A DNA stretch of 64,000 bases from a bacterium (GTDB lineage: Bacteria > Electryoneota > RPQS01): positions 153,377 to 217,376 of the forward strand of contig DASXUQ010000005.1 of assembly GCA_036504735.1 (NCBI GenBank), read 5' to 3'. Below are positions 20,373-30,888 of this stretch, in pieces. Within the stretch, counting starts at the first letter, position 1. The number at the start of each line of letters is the position of its first letter. A model generated the notes under the pieces. It had not been told where the DNA came from. It searched no databases and worked only from the letters and a program-made list of their open reading frames with translations. The translations under genes were made by a program, and so were the position numbers.

Positions 20373-21926
20373 TCACGCCGACAGTTCTTTGATGCGGTCC
20401 AGGGAGCGATATTGCACCGCTTCGATCACATGGGGAAGACGAATGTCGTCTGTTCCTTCGAGATCGGCGATGGTGCGGGCGATTTTACGAATACGGTGAT
20501 AGGCGCGGGCTGAGAGACCCATGCGCTCGATAGCCTGATGCAGGACGTCCATCGACGGCGCGTCGAGGGGAGCGAAACGTTCCACCTCGCGGTTGCTCAT
20601 CTGCGAATTGCTGTAGAGATCGGAGCGGGTGGACAGAAAACGGCCACGCTGGCGTTTGCGGCATTCACTCACCCGTTCTCGGATGCACTGTGAGCTTTCC
20701 GCGAGTTGATTGGAGGAGAGTTCCTTCCACTTGACGCGAGGAACTTCCACATGCAAATCAATACGGTCGAGCAGAGGGCCGGAGACTTTCGAGACATAAC
20801 GGCGGACCTGCTCGGGGGTGCATTTGCATTCCTTGTCCGGATCGGTGAGGTAACCGCAGGGACAGGGATTCATGGCGGCGACCAGCATGAAGTTGGCCGG
20901 ATAGCTGAGGCTGATGGCCGCGCGGGAAATGGTGACTACACCGTCCTCGAGGGGCTGGCGCAATACCTCGAGCACATTTTTGTGGAACTCGGGCAGCTCA
21001 TCGAGAAAGAGCACACCGTTGTGCGCGAGGGAGACTTCGCCGGGCCGGGGAATCATGCCGCCGCCGATGAGACCCGCATCGGAAACCGTATGGTGCGGCG
21101 AGCGGAACGGACGATTGGCAACAATAGCTTGCCCCGCCTTGAGCATTCCGGCGACGGAATGAACGCGGGTGGTTTCCAGAGCCTCATCGAGCGTGAAGTC
21201 GGGAAGGATTGACCGCAACCGGCGGGCGAGCATGGTTTTGCCCGAACCGGGAGGGCCGATCATCAGGATGTTGTGACCGCCAGCCGCCGCGATTTCCACC
21301 GCGCGTTTGACAGACGCCTGACCGCGGACTTCGCTGAAATCACCGACGAATTCCCGAGCCTCTTCGAAGAGTGCCGCGCGATCTACGGTGAAAGGCGCCG
21401 GAGTGAGTGCGCCGTTCAGGAACTCGACGACGTCGTGCAGCGACTCCATGGGATAGACTTCGATGTCCGGCACCATCGCCGCTTCGCGCGCGTTTTCCAT
21501 GGGGACAACGATGCGGCGAATGCCGGCCTTTTGCAACGAGCTGCAAATGGGGAGCGCGCCACGGATGAGGCGCACTTTGCCATCGAGGGCAAGCTCGCCG
21601 AGCACCGCCGTGGAATCGAGACCGTTGGGAAGAATCTGGCCCGATGCCGTAAGAATGCCGATGGCCATAGGCAGGTCAAAGGCGCTGCCTTCCTTGCGGA
21701 TGTCGGCGGGAGCAAGATTGACGGTGATCCTCCGCAGGGGAAAGATCATGCCGGAATTCTTGATAGCCGCTGAGACGCGGGCGCGGGATTCCTTGACGGC
21801 ATTATCCGGCAAACCGACCACGGTGAAGAACGGCTCACCGGAGCCGGGATTTTCGAGATGGCTCTCGACTTTCACCTGATAGGCATCGACGCCGATCAGG
21901 GCCGCGGAAAGTACTTCGGCGAACAT
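20373..21926 (-). CDS. yifB: YifB/ComM family Mg-chelatase-like AAA+ ATPase
   Basis: A Lon-like N-terminal domain, Walker A GPPGSGKTMLARRL, a ChlI-type core and a C-terminal zinc-finger-like CPCGY. Confidence 0.9.
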   Translation of the reverse strand: MFAEVLSAALIGVDAYQVKVESHLENPGSGEPFFTVVGLPDNAVKESRARVSAAIKNSGMIFPLRRITVNLAPADIRKEGSAFDLPMAIGILTASGQILPNGLDSTAVLGELALDGKVRLIRGALPICSSLQKAGIRRIVVPMENAREAAMVPDIEVYPMESLHDVVEFLNGALTPAPFTVDRAALFEEAREFVGDFSEVRGQASVKRAVEIAAAGGHNILMIGPPGSGKTMLARRLRSILPDFTLDEALETTRVHSVAGMLKAGQAIVANRPFRSPHHTVSDAGLIGGGMIPRPGEVSLAHNGVLFLDELPEFHKNVLEVLRQPLEDGVVTISRAAISLSYPANFMLVAAMNPCPCGYLTDPDKECKCTPEQVRRYVSKVSGPLLDRIDLHVEVPRVKWKELSSNQLAESSQCIRERVSECRKRQRGRFLSTRSDLYSNSQMSNREVERFAPLDAPSMDVLHQAIERMGLSARAYHRIRKIARTIADLEGTDDIRLPHVIEAVQYRSLDRIKELSA

Positions 21927-22007
21927 GTGCGTACCAAATTGGATTGAGTAACAAGCCAGACGTGGTAGCGGAACAGAAGCTAAAAGTTAAAAGAACCCCC
22001 ATCCTAA

Positions 22008-22078
22008 CCTTCCCCCACTAAAGTGGAGGAAGGAACCCGAAAAGAACCCCTTCAAATTCCCCCTTTTGCAAAGGGGGA
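22008..22078 (-). terminator. Two hairpins downstream of the acyltransferase gene (putative terminator) / upstream region of yifB
   Basis: Hairpin A CCTTCCcccAC-TAAA-GTggaGGAAGG at 22008..22033. Hairpin B CCCCCTTT-TGCA-AAAGGGGG at 22059..22078, followed on the minus strand by an A/T-rich segment. Confidence 0.4.
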
Positions 22079-22104
22079 AAGTGCCGAGGAAAGCGGTTCC
22101 GGTG

Positions 22105-23262
22105 CTACAGGGGGCGCTCCCAGATGCGCCATTTTTTGTAGGGGGTGGAGCCCATTGACAAGGCGGCGGCGTTCATGGGCTCATTGTCTTCGAGGACCCA
22201 GGAAAACTCGGCCCAGTTGTAACCGGCTTCCGTTCCCGCTTTGTAGGTGCGGTAATAGAAGACGGTGTCGATGCCGCGGAAGCGGTAGTCGGGATGCACG
22301 CCCATGAGCAGGACGCGGGCGCGGTGAATTTTCTTGAGACCGAAGAGCAGTTTGAAGATGCCCGTGGGAAACAGGCGGCCATTCTTGATCTGCTTGAAGA
22401 GCACGTGAACATCGGGCAGGGCGAGACTGAAGCCGACGGGCTTGCCTTCCGCCGTTTCGGCGAAGTAGACGAGATTGGGATCGTAGACCAGTTTCAGAGT
22501 CTGAGCCATGAGTTTCAGCTCTTTGTCGGTCATCGGCACGAAGCCCCAGTTCTTCTCCCACGCGGCATTGTAGATGGAGAGAATGCGGTCGACCTCGCCC
22601 CAGAAATCGTGTTTGTTGAAAGGCCGGATATGCAAGGGCAGGCGTTTTTCGAGCGCCTCGGCGACGCGAATGACGCGCTCGGAAAGCTGCCCCTGAAACA
22701 TCTGGTAGGCGACGACATCCTTGGCCTTAACCATCCCGCACTGTTCCATGAGCGTGTTGTAATACGGCGGGTTGTGCGTCATCATAATGACGGGCGGCGT
22801 GTCGAAGCCTTCGATGAGCATTCCGATCTCGTCGTTGACGGAAAAGTTCATCGGGCCGCGAATGGTATCGAGGCCGCGGGACTTGAGAAAAGCGCCCGCG
22901 TGGTCAAGGAGCGCGCGGGCAACATCGGGATCATTAACGCAATCGAAGAAACCGAAGAACCCGACCTTGTCCTCGTGGAACTTGTTGTGCAAGCCGTTGA
23001 CGACTGCACAGACACGGCCCAGGATCTCGCCGGTTTGCGGATCGCGAGCTATGTAAGATTCCACCTCGCCGTGTTCATAAAACGGATACTTGGGGTTGAA
23101 ACGCGATTTCAGATCTATGAGAAGAGGGGGAACCCACGCGGGGTCAGTGGCCTGCACCTTCCACTGGAAGCGCAGAAACGCCTTCAGATCCGTTGAGTTC
23201 GTTACCGGAGAGATTTTCGGTTCGATGAGAGGCTCCCGAGTCCAGTTGAAAATAGCGGGCAA
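22105..23262 (-). CDS. GNAT-fold (FemAB/BioF2-like) N-acyltransferase family protein, putative
   Basis: 385-aa ORF directly downstream of, and overlapping, the alpha-oxoamine synthase gene. The fold assignment is tentative. If the first ATG is used, the overlap with the upstream gene is 119 nt; an alternative in-frame GTG at 23157 gives a 14-nt overlap. Confidence 0.55.
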   Translation of the reverse strand: MPAIFNWTREPLIEPKISPVTNSTDLKAFLRFQWKVQATDPAWVPPLLIDLKSRFNPKYPFYEHGEVESYIARDPQTGEILGRVCAVVNGLHNKFHEDKVGFFGFFDCVNDPDVARALLDHAGAFLKSRGLDTIRGPMNFSVNDEIGMLIEGFDTPPVIMMTHNPPYYNTLMEQCGMVKAKDVVAYQMFQGQLSERVIRVAEALEKRLPLHIRPFNKHDFWGEVDRILSIYNAAWEKNWGFVPMTDKELKLMAQTLKLVYDPNLVYFAETAEGKPVGFSLALPDVHVLFKQIKNGRLFPTGIFKLLFGLKKIHRARVLLMGVHPDYRFRGIDTVFYYRTYKAGTEAGYNWAEFSWVLEDNEPMNAAALSMGSTPYKKWRIWERPL

Positions 23263-24418
23263 GTTTGGCCATCTTGTCCAGAGCGAAGTCCAACTGCTCG
23301 AGCGTGTGCGTAGACATCACGGAGAAGCGGATCAGGCTCCCACCCGGCTGTACCGCGGGCGGCACCACCGGGTTGATAAACACTCCTTCTTCCTGCATGG
23401 CGGCGGTAAGCTGGAAGGCGACGTTCTGATCGCCGACGAGTACCGGCATGATGGGGGTATCGCTGGTGCCGGTGTCGAGTCCGATCGTCTGCAAGCCCTT
23501 GCGCAGATAGTTGGCATTGCGCCAGAGCAGTTCACGGCGTTCGGGCTCGGCGATAATAATCTTGAGCGCGGCGATAACCGCGGCGACGGATGCCGGCGGC
23601 GGGCTGGCGGAGAAGATCAGCGCGCGGCTGTGGTGTTTCAGATAGTGAATCACCTTCTCTGACGACGCGATGAAGCCACCGATGGAGGCCAGCGATTTGG
23701 AAAACGTGCCCATGACCAGGTCGACTTCATCATTGAGGCCGAAGTGCAGCGCGGTGCCGCGCCCTTCGGGACCCAGCACACCGAGACTGTGGGCATCGTC
23801 GAGCATCAGATCGGCGCCATACTTCTGACAGACGGCGACCACTTCCGGCAGTTTGACAGTGTCGCCTTCCATGGAGAAGACGCCTTCGGTGATCACGAGT
23901 TTGGATTTGGTGTGATCGAGGCTCTGCAAGACGCGCTCGAGATCGGCGGCGTCATTGTGGCGGAACTTCATCATCTTGCCAAAGGAAAGGCGAGCGCCAT
24001 CAATAATGGACGCGTGGTCGAGGGCATCCGTGACGACAAAGCCGTTGCGGCCAACCAGAGCGGAAATGGCGCCGAGATTGGCCTGCATTCCCGTGGAGAA
24101 CAGCAGGGCGGCTTCCTTTTGCATGTACTCGGCGAGACGCTCTTCGAGTTCGATATGAATCCGCAGCGTCCCATTCAGAAAACGCGAACCGGCGCAACCC
24201 GAGCCGTACTGCTTCAACGCGTCGATGGCGGCTTCTTTGACTTTCGGATGGTTGGTCAGCCCGAGATAGTTATTCGAGCCGAGCATGAGCACATCCTTGC
24301 CGTTCATCCGCACCATAGTGTCCTGGTCGGACTCGATGGCGCGGAAGTACGGGTAAATTCCTGCCGCGATCACTTTGCGAGCGTCTTCAAACCGGGCTAC
24401 TTTTTCCGCAATGCGCAC
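23144..24418 (-). CDS. Alpha-oxoamine synthase family PLP enzyme, serine palmitoyltransferase / cysteate-acyltransferase-like
   Basis: Class-II aminotransferase fold, PLP-lysine motif GTFSKSLASIGGF, N-terminal AOS motifs (LGSNNYLGL, DALKQYGSGCAGSRFLNGT) and about 420 aa length. Confidence 0.85.
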   Translation of the reverse strand: MRIAEKVARFEDARKVIAAGIYPYFRAIESDQDTMVRMNGKDVLMLGSNNYLGLTNHPKVKEAAIDALKQYGSGCAGSRFLNGTLRIHIELEERLAEYMQKEAALLFSTGMQANLGAISALVGRNGFVVTDALDHASIIDGARLSFGKMMKFRHNDAADLERVLQSLDHTKSKLVITEGVFSMEGDTVKLPEVVAVCQKYGADLMLDDAHSLGVLGPEGRGTALHFGLNDEVDLVMGTFSKSLASIGGFIASSEKVIHYLKHHSRALIFSASPPPASVAAVIAALKIIIAEPERRELLWRNANYLRKGLQTIGLDTGTSDTPIMPVLVGDQNVAFQLTAAMQEEGVFINPVVPPAVQPGGSLIRFSVMSTHTLEQLDFALDKMAKLARYFQLDSGASHRTENLSGNELNGSEGVSALPVEGAGH

Positions 24419-24514
24419 TCAGAAGTCCTTTCGAAATTATGCAATCAACACCGGAAAGGGTTTCGATCAGGCGATGGACGTCATGTAAGCAGAAAGACGC
24501 GGAGCAACCGCGCT

Positions 24515-24847
24515 TCAGTACTTCTTCGAAAACAGATCGGACAGGTAGGGCAAGGAGAACAGACGGCCTCGTACGCCATTGGCGATGCCCACCAGCGCCG
24601 CGATGACGCAGAGCAGGATAATGACATCCCACACCACACGCAGATACCGCAGGATCAGAGCAAAGATTTCGATGACAAACAACGTCATGCCGAGCCGCAC
24701 GTGGGCCGACACAAAGGCGCTGCGATCTGTGCGCAGATAGGGGATCAGGCAGAGGATGGGGACATACGACAGCACGGCCAACAGCTTGTCGTCTTCGGAG
24801 ACGTTAGCGGAAGGCTGTTCTGGCGGCGGGAAAGTCGGTTCTGGCAT
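24515..24847 (-). CDS. Small membrane protein (DUF4870-like), hypothetical
   Basis: Acidic N-terminus followed by 3 predicted TM helices (LAVLSYVPILCLIPYL...). Family assignment from memory only. Confidence 0.5.
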   Translation of the reverse strand: MPEPTFPPPEQPSANVSEDDKLLAVLSYVPILCLIPYLRTDRSAFVSAHVRLGMTLFVIEIFALILRYLRVVWDVIILLCVIAALVGIANGVRGRLFSLPYLSDLFSKKY

Positions 24848-24868
24848 ATCTTCGATTCTTCGGTTTAG

Positions 24869-24941
24869 TACCCCCGACGGGACTCGAACCCATGCTCCCA
24901 GCTCCGGAGGCTGGTGCTCTATCCATCTGAGCTACGGGGGC
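24869..24941 (-). tRNA. tRNA-Arg (anticodon CCG), CCA not encoded
   Basis: Reverse complement folds as a cloverleaf: acceptor GCCCCCG/CGGGGGT, D-arm GCTC-AGATGGATA-GAGC, anticodon arm CCAGC-CTCCGGA-GCTGG, T-arm ATGGG-TTCGAGT-CCCGT, discriminator A. Confidence 0.85.
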
Positions 24942-25593
24942 AAAATGTATTATCTTGATTTACCGCGAGATAGCATGAAAAGTTGCTACACCAGTGCTTA
25001 CTGGATCAACCCCCTGCTACCGCTGCTCGTCTTATGGGCGGATACCCACTCCGAGATGCAGGAAGAACAGCTTGTGTACAAACCTGCTCTGTCTTTGGAT
25101 ACGCTAATATAGAACAGGACTTACAAGACTGCTCTGGAGGAAGGAGGTCTGGAAATTGTAACAGTCAGCTAATCTACGAATCTATGAGGACTTCCGCAAG
25201 AACAAATCGAGAGCTATACGGGCTTGGAGCATTGCCCTTTCCGGATGTTCAAACTTATTGATCACATAGATTTAGAAAGATTAAGCTGCATAATAACCGC
25301 CACATCATGCCGGGCGGCGCAACAAAGCTTGACATTGTTGAGGAGAAAATTGTAACTTACCCATATCCCAAATTTGTCCTTGGAGGCTTTCTGCGTCGTA
25401 TCATTCTCATCGTGGATCTTGCGCTCAGAGCGGAGTAATCCTTGAGGGATCGCCATCCGGAAACGGATGACGGATCACCTCGGCCTACTCAGATTCTGTA
25501 AAGGTCGAACGATCCCACATGTGCGCGATCGTAGGGACTGACGCCGTGGCGCCAGTTGCCCCTGCGGTTGCGTGCCTAAATGAGAACCCTACC

Positions 25594-26667
25594 ATGCATG
25601 AATTGTCTGCCTTGGGCTTCACCCCCTTCTTTGAAGCCCAGCTGAAGGATTGGTCTGAAGACCCATTACACCCGGCGCGCGTGGCTTCGGAGCACCGCGG
25701 AAGCTACGAGGTGTGGTCGCATAGCGGGACCGGTATTGCGCATCTGGCCGGCCGCCTGCACAAAGAACTGACGGAAGATGCCTTGCCGCACGCGGGCGAT
25801 TGGGTGGCGCTGAAGTCGGCGCCGGAGCAGGATCGCATCGCGATCATCGAACACGTATTCAGCCGGCGGACCGCGTTAGTGCGCGGGGCCGCCGGACAGG
25901 ATGCGCGAGGACAGGTGATTGCGGCAAACGTGGACCTGGTATTTGTGGTATGCGGGCTGGACGCTGACTACAACGCACGCCGCATTGAGCGGTACCTGAG
26001 TCTGATCTGGGCCAGCGGAGCACAGCCGGTGGTTGCGCTGAACAAGACCGATGTGTGTGACGTCATCGAGGCGCGCATCGCCGAAATTGAAGCGCGAAGC
26101 CCGGGTGTTCCGGTCTTCGCCACGAGTGCGGTTCAGTCCGGCGGCATTGACGAAATCCGGTCGCGGATTCTGCCGGGAATGACCGCGGCGTTTGTCGGAT
26201 CATCGGGTGCCGGAAAATCGACGCTGATCAACGCGCTGGTTGGCGAGGAGCGGATGGCTACCCGCGCGGTGCGCGCCGATGACAGCCGCGGACGTCACAC
26301 GACGACGCGGCGGCAACTGGTGGTGCTGCCCGGAGGCGGCTTGCTGCTGGATACTCCCGGGATGCGGGAACTACAGCTTATGGATGACGAAGGCATCGGC
26401 GCTGTCTTTTTCGATATCGAAAAGATTGCACGGGATTGCCGGTACCGGGACTGCCAGCACGACAACGAGCCGGGGTGCGCGGTGCGAACGGCGATAGCCG
26501 ACGGCAGGATCTCCGCTGAGCGGTTTGAGCACTTCGGCAAATTGAAGCGCGAGGCTCATGCCTATGCGGTTCGGCACGATGTGCATCTCCGGCAAAAGGC
26601 GGAGCGCGAGTGGAGAATTCTGACTAACGAGGGCAAAGCGAACCGGCGAAGGAAAGAAGGCCGGTAG
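25594..26667 (+). CDS. rsgA: Ribosome small-subunit-dependent GTPase A (RsgA/YjeQ)
   Basis: Circularly permuted GTPase motifs (VALNKTDV ... GSSGAGKSTLINAL ... LLDTPGM) and a C-terminal zinc-finger-like CRYRDCQHDNEPGC. Start chosen at the MHELSALGF ATG. Confidence 0.85.
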   Translation: MHELSALGFTPFFEAQLKDWSEDPLHPARVASEHRGSYEVWSHSGTGIAHLAGRLHKELTEDALPHAGDWVALKSAPEQDRIAIIEHVFSRRTALVRGAAGQDARGQVIAANVDLVFVVCGLDADYNARRIERYLSLIWASGAQPVVALNKTDVCDVIEARIAEIEARSPGVPVFATSAVQSGGIDEIRSRILPGMTAAFVGSSGAGKSTLINALVGEERMATRAVRADDSRGRHTTTRRQLVVLPGGGLLLDTPGMRELQLMDDEGIGAVFFDIEKIARDCRYRDCQHDNEPGCAVRTAIADGRISAERFEHFGKLKREAHAYAVRHDVHLRQKAEREWRILTNEGKANRRRKEGR

Positions 26668-26689
26668 GTCGCGCAAGCAAAAGCATCTG

Positions 26690-26715
26690 AAAAGAGCGTC
26701 GTGTGACGCTCTTTT
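26690..26715. terminator. Bidirectional rho-independent terminator between convergent rsgA and purL
   Basis: Perfect 11-bp inverted repeat AAAAGAGCGTC-gtgt-GACGCTCTTTT with A/T tracts on both sides. Confidence 0.65.
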
Positions 26716-26754
26716 CTCATTCTGTGACCAGTCCCGAAGGCAGCCGGGATCAGC

Positions 26755-29040
26755 TCATGACAACCGGGACAGCAGCGGATCGGTTGGCGCGGCATCCGGA
26801 GCCACGGCCTCACCCATCAAAACGGGGATGGCGCTCTCGTAAATAGCTTCGATTCGCGCGACCGGAATGGAAATCCAGTCGTTAATGACGAGGCGATCCC
26901 CGCCCACTCTGCCGAGCATTTGGACGGGAACGCCGTGCTGATCTGCGGCATGGCGGAAGGCCGCCCAATTGGCATGTTCGACCGTTACGACGGCACAACC
27001 GGCGCTTTCGGCAAAGAGAGACTCGACCGCGCGGCCCTTCCAGGGGAAGGTGAGCACGCAGCCGATGCCGCCGGCCAAGCACTTTTCAGCCATGGTGACC
27101 GCGAGGCCGCCTTCGGCGATGTCATGCGCGGAACGGATGAGGCCAAGGTCCGCCAGATCGGCGAGCAGATCAATCAGCGCCTTTTCGGTTTCGAAATCGA
27201 GATGGGGTGGATTGCCAGCGACAATGCCGTGCTCGAGATACAGATATTCACTGGCGCCAAGATCCGGTTGAAGATGGCCGAGCAGCGCGATGAAATCCCC
27301 TTCGGCTTTCAGACCAACGGTGACCGCGCTTGCGACATCCTCCAGCAGACCGACCATGCCGATGACAGGCGTGGGCAGAACGGGCTTGCCACGGGTTTCA
27401 TTATAGAAAGAGACGTTGCCGCCGGTGACCGGGATGTCGAGAGCTTTGCAGGCATCGGCGATTCCGGTGACGGCTTCGTGGAAGAAGTAAAATGTCTCCG
27501 GGTTCATCGGGTTGCCGAAATTGAGGCAATTGGTGATGCCGATGGGGCGCGCGCCGGAGCAGGCGACATTGCGAGCCCCTTCCATGACGGCCAGGGCGGC
27601 GCCCTGACGGGGCTCCATGGCAACGTAGCGGCTGTTGCAATCCACGGTCATAGCCAGCGCACGGCGGGTGCCGGGAACGCGAACGACCGCGGCATCGGAG
27701 CGGCCACCGCCGACATGCGTATTGGCGCCGATGGTGTGATCGTACTGCTCATAGACCCAGCGTTTGCTGGCAATATTGGGAGAACCGAGCAGGCGTTCGA
27801 GCACGCCATCATAGTCCGACGGTTCGGCGAACTTGGACATGTCGAACTGGCTCAACTGATCGAGATACTCGGGGCGGGTAAAGGGCCGGCGGTATTGCGG
27901 CGCGCCGCCGCCAAGCACGAGGTGGGCGGCAGGGACATCGGCGACGATTTCGCCGTTCTCATAAACCACATAGCGGCCCGTATCGGTGACGACGCCGGTC
28001 TGGTCCGCATGCAGATCCCACTTGTCGAAGATGCGGCGGGCAACGTCTTCCCCGCCCTTCTTGATGATGGCGAGCATACGCTCCTGCGACTCGGAGAGAC
28101 AAACCTCGTAGGCGGTCATGTCGGCTTCACGACGGGAGACTTTATTGACATCAAACTCGATGCCGGAGTTGCCACGGGCGGCGGTTTCGGTGCAGGAACA
28201 GGCGATACCCGCCGCCCCCATATCCTGAATACCGACCAGCACGCCGGACTCCACCAGTTCAAGCGTGGCTTCGAGCAGCAACTTTTCTTTAAAGGGATCG
28301 CCGATCTGCACGGAGGGACGCTTGGAAGCGGACTCTTCGGACAGGTCTTCGGAGGCGAAGGTTGCGCCGTGAATGCCGTCGCGACCGGTAGCCGCGCCGA
28401 CGACGAAGACGGGATTGCCAGTGCCTTCCGCCGCGCCGCGCGCCATTTTCTTACGATCCAGCACGCCGACGGCCATAGCATTAATCAACGGGTTCTCATC
28501 GTAGGACGGATCGAAGTACACCTCGCCCGCAACGGTGGGAACGCCGAAGCAGTTGCCGTAGTCGCCGATGCCGCGCACCACGCCGCGCATGAGTTCGCGG
28601 TTACGGGGGGTGGTTAACGGCCCAAAGCGGAGGGAATTCAGCGCGGCGATGGGCCGGGCACCCATGGTGAAGATGTCGCGCAGAATGCCGCCGACGCCCG
28701 TGGCCGCGCCCTGGTAGGGCTCGATGGCGGACGGGTGATTGTGGCTCTCGATTTTGAAGCAGACGGCCAGGCCGTCTCCGATATCGAGTACGCCGGCGTT
28801 CTCTTCGCCCGCTTCGACGACGACGCGACGGCTTTTGCGCGGCAGGCGTTTGATTTCGAGAATGGAGTTCTTGTAGGAGCAGTGCTCGGACCACATCACC
28901 GAATACAGGCCGAGTTCGACGTAGGTGGGCATGCGGCCCAGCGTCTTCTGTATCTGGCTGAACTCTTCTTCGGTAAGCCCATGCTTGAGTACAAGCTCAA
29001 GCGTGACGGGCGGATATTTATTCGGTGTCTGGCTGGACAT
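26755..29040 (-). CDS. purL: Phosphoribosylformylglycinamidine synthase subunit PurL (FGAM synthase II)
   Basis: AIR-synthase-related domains duplicated, an N-terminal [12 protein letters not shown]...SEHCSYKNS region and about 760 aa. Start chosen at ATG 29040 (MSSQTP...). Confidence 0.9.
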   Translation of the reverse strand: MSSQTPNKYPPVTLELVLKHGLTEEEFSQIQKTLGRMPTYVELGLYSVMWSEHCSYKNSILEIKRLPRKSRRVVVEAGEENAGVLDIGDGLAVCFKIESHNHPSAIEPYQGAATGVGGILRDIFTMGARPIAALNSLRFGPLTTPRNRELMRGVVRGIGDYGNCFGVPTVAGEVYFDPSYDENPLINAMAVGVLDRKKMARGAAEGTGNPVFVVGAATGRDGIHGATFASEDLSEESASKRPSVQIGDPFKEKLLLEATLELVESGVLVGIQDMGAAGIACSCTETAARGNSGIEFDVNKVSRREADMTAYEVCLSESQERMLAIIKKGGEDVARRIFDKWDLHADQTGVVTDTGRYVVYENGEIVADVPAAHLVLGGGAPQYRRPFTRPEYLDQLSQFDMSKFAEPSDYDGVLERLLGSPNIASKRWVYEQYDHTIGANTHVGGGRSDAAVVRVPGTRRALAMTVDCNSRYVAMEPRQGAALAVMEGARNVACSGARPIGITNCLNFGNPMNPETFYFFHEAVTGIADACKALDIPVTGGNVSFYNETRGKPVLPTPVIGMVGLLEDVASAVTVGLKAEGDFIALLGHLQPDLGASEYLYLEHGIVAGNPPHLDFETEKALIDLLADLADLGLIRSAHDIAEGGLAVTMAEKCLAGGIGCVLTFPWKGRAVESLFAESAGCAVVTVEHANWAAFRHAADQHGVPVQMLGRVGGDRLVINDWISIPVARIEAIYESAIPVLMGEAVAPDAAPTDPLLSRLS

Positions 29041-30874
29041 GATCCAATTGCTGCTGTTTATCGTGAAAGAAGGCAAAGATTTGCGCGGCGACCGCCTTGG
29101 GAATTCCATCCACACTCTCGATTTGTTCGAGGGTGGCTTCCTGCAGGTTGCGCACCGTGCCGAAATGCGAAAAAATAATCTGGCGGCGTGCGGGGCCGAC
29201 GCCGTCGATCTCATCTAACAGGGATTGAAGAGATCGTTTGCGCCGCAGTTTGCGATGATAGGTGATGGCGAAGCGGTGGGCTTCATCGCGGATCTGCTGC
29301 AGAAGTTTCAGCGCGGAAGAGGTTTTGGGAATATTCTGCGGCTCGGAATCGCCGGGAAGATAGACCTCTTCGAGACGCTTGGCCAGACCGATAATGGGCT
29401 GATCCACGATGCCGAGTTCCGCCAGGGCTTCTCCCGCCGCGGCGAGCTGGCCTTTGCCACCGTCAATCAGCACCAGATCGGGAAACGGTTTGTTCTCGCG
29501 CTGGAGGCGGGCGAAGCGGCGGCCAACGACCTCGTGCATCGACGCAAAATCGTCCATGCCTTCGACGGTGCGAATTTTGAACACACGGTACTGGGAGCGC
29601 GCGGGTTTGCCTTCACGGAACATCACCATGGATGCCACTTTGTCCGTGCCCATCAGAGTCGAAATGTCGAAAGCGATAATTTCGTCGGGCAGTTTGCTGA
29701 GGGAAAGCTGTTTCTGCAGTTCGCGCAGGGACTGCGGCACGCGGTCTTTGACGTCACGGCTCAGCCGGTAGCCCTGAAGGCAAAGTTCGGCGTTGCGCTC
29801 GGCCAGTTCCACCAGATGAGCCTTGTCGCCGCGTTCAGGGATGCGGATGTCTACCTTGCCGCCGGCGCGTTCCCGCAGCCATTGGGCAAGGAGATCCTGA
29901 TCGGGAACGGCGAAGGGCAGAAAGATCTCATCGGGCATGGAAACAGGATCGCTGTAGTAATGCTCGATGGCGGACTCGAGAATTTCGCCCGGTTCCTGCT
30001 CTTTGAGGTGGTTCAGGCGGTAATCGAGACGGCCCAGCATGCGGCCATTGCGGATCTGCAGCACGACGGCGCTGCCCAGATCGTCTTCGATTTTGAGCCC
30101 AAAGACGTCGCGATTCACGGGCTCGGGGGAGATCACCTTTTGCCGCTCGGTGAGCATCTCGAGGGCGGAGAGCCAATCGCGAAGCTGCGCCGCCTGTTCG
30201 AACTTCAGGTCGTCGGAAAGCCGCTGCATTTCCTGATTCAGACGCCGCACGACATCGTTGCCCTTGCCGCTGACGACATCGACAAAATCGCGCACGCGGC
30301 GGGCATACTCGGCCATCGTTTCATTACCGATGCAGGGAGCATTGCAGCGGCCAATGTGAAACTCGAGACAGGCCTTGAACCGGCCCTGCGCCACTGCGTC
30401 TTCGGTGAGGGGCAGATTGCAGGTGCGGATCTTGAGCATGCTGCGCAGCACGCGAATCAGGCCCTTCAGATGGTACAGATCGCTGTAGGGTCCGAAGTAC
30501 CTCGAGCCATCAAGGACGGGGTGACGGGTGAGAAAGACGCGGGGGAAAGGCTCGTTGGAAACTCGCAGGAACGGAAACGATTTATCGTCGCGCAGATCGA
30601 TATTGTATCGCGGCTTGCGGTCGCGGACGAGATTATTTTCGAGGATCAGCGCTTCGAGTTCGGTGTCCGTCGCAATGACTTCGACGTCGGCGATGCGCTT
30701 GACGAGATGATCGAATTGGTAGCGGCCATCATGCCCCGACTGAAAATACTGGCGCACGCGGTTGCGCAGTACAAGGGCCTTGCCGATGTAAATTACTTTT
30801 CCCTGATCGTCCTTGAAAAGATAGACTCCGGGCGAATCGGGAAGTGCGCGGAGTTTATCTTCCAAACTTGCCAT
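29018..30874 (-). CDS. uvrC: Excinuclease ABC subunit C
   Basis: GIY-YIG N-terminus ([19 protein letters not shown]), a UVR domain and a C-terminal RNaseH-like/HhH region. Start chosen at MASLED. Confidence 0.9.
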   Translation of the reverse strand: MASLEDKLRALPDSPGVYLFKDDQGKVIYIGKALVLRNRVRQYFQSGHDGRYQFDHLVKRIADVEVIATDTELEALILENNLVRDRKPRYNIDLRDDKSFPFLRVSNEPFPRVFLTRHPVLDGSRYFGPYSDLYHLKGLIRVLRSMLKIRTCNLPLTEDAVAQGRFKACLEFHIGRCNAPCIGNETMAEYARRVRDFVDVVSGKGNDVVRRLNQEMQRLSDDLKFEQAAQLRDWLSALEMLTERQKVISPEPVNRDVFGLKIEDDLGSAVVLQIRNGRMLGRLDYRLNHLKEQEPGEILESAIEHYYSDPVSMPDEIFLPFAVPDQDLLAQWLRERAGGKVDIRIPERGDKAHLVELAERNAELCLQGYRLSRDVKDRVPQSLRELQKQLSLSKLPDEIIAFDISTLMGTDKVASMVMFREGKPARSQYRVFKIRTVEGMDDFASMHEVVGRRFARLQRENKPFPDLVLIDGGKGQLAAAGEALAELGIVDQPIIGLAKRLEEVYLPGDSEPQNIPKTSSALKLLQQIRDEAHRFAITYHRKLRRKRSLQSLLDEIDGVGPARRQIIFSHFGTVRNLQEATLEQIESVDGIPKAVAAQIFAFFHDKQQQLDHVQPDTE

Positions 30875-30888
30875 GTCTTTGTACAGTA

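Noticed and set aside
24950-25500. tmRNA / SRP RNA / RNase P RNA in the AT-rich island
   Set aside because: None of the hallmark sequences (tRNA-like 3' end with CCA, GGAAGCAGCCA SRP domain IV, RNase P P4 elements) are present. Left as an unclassified island in findings.
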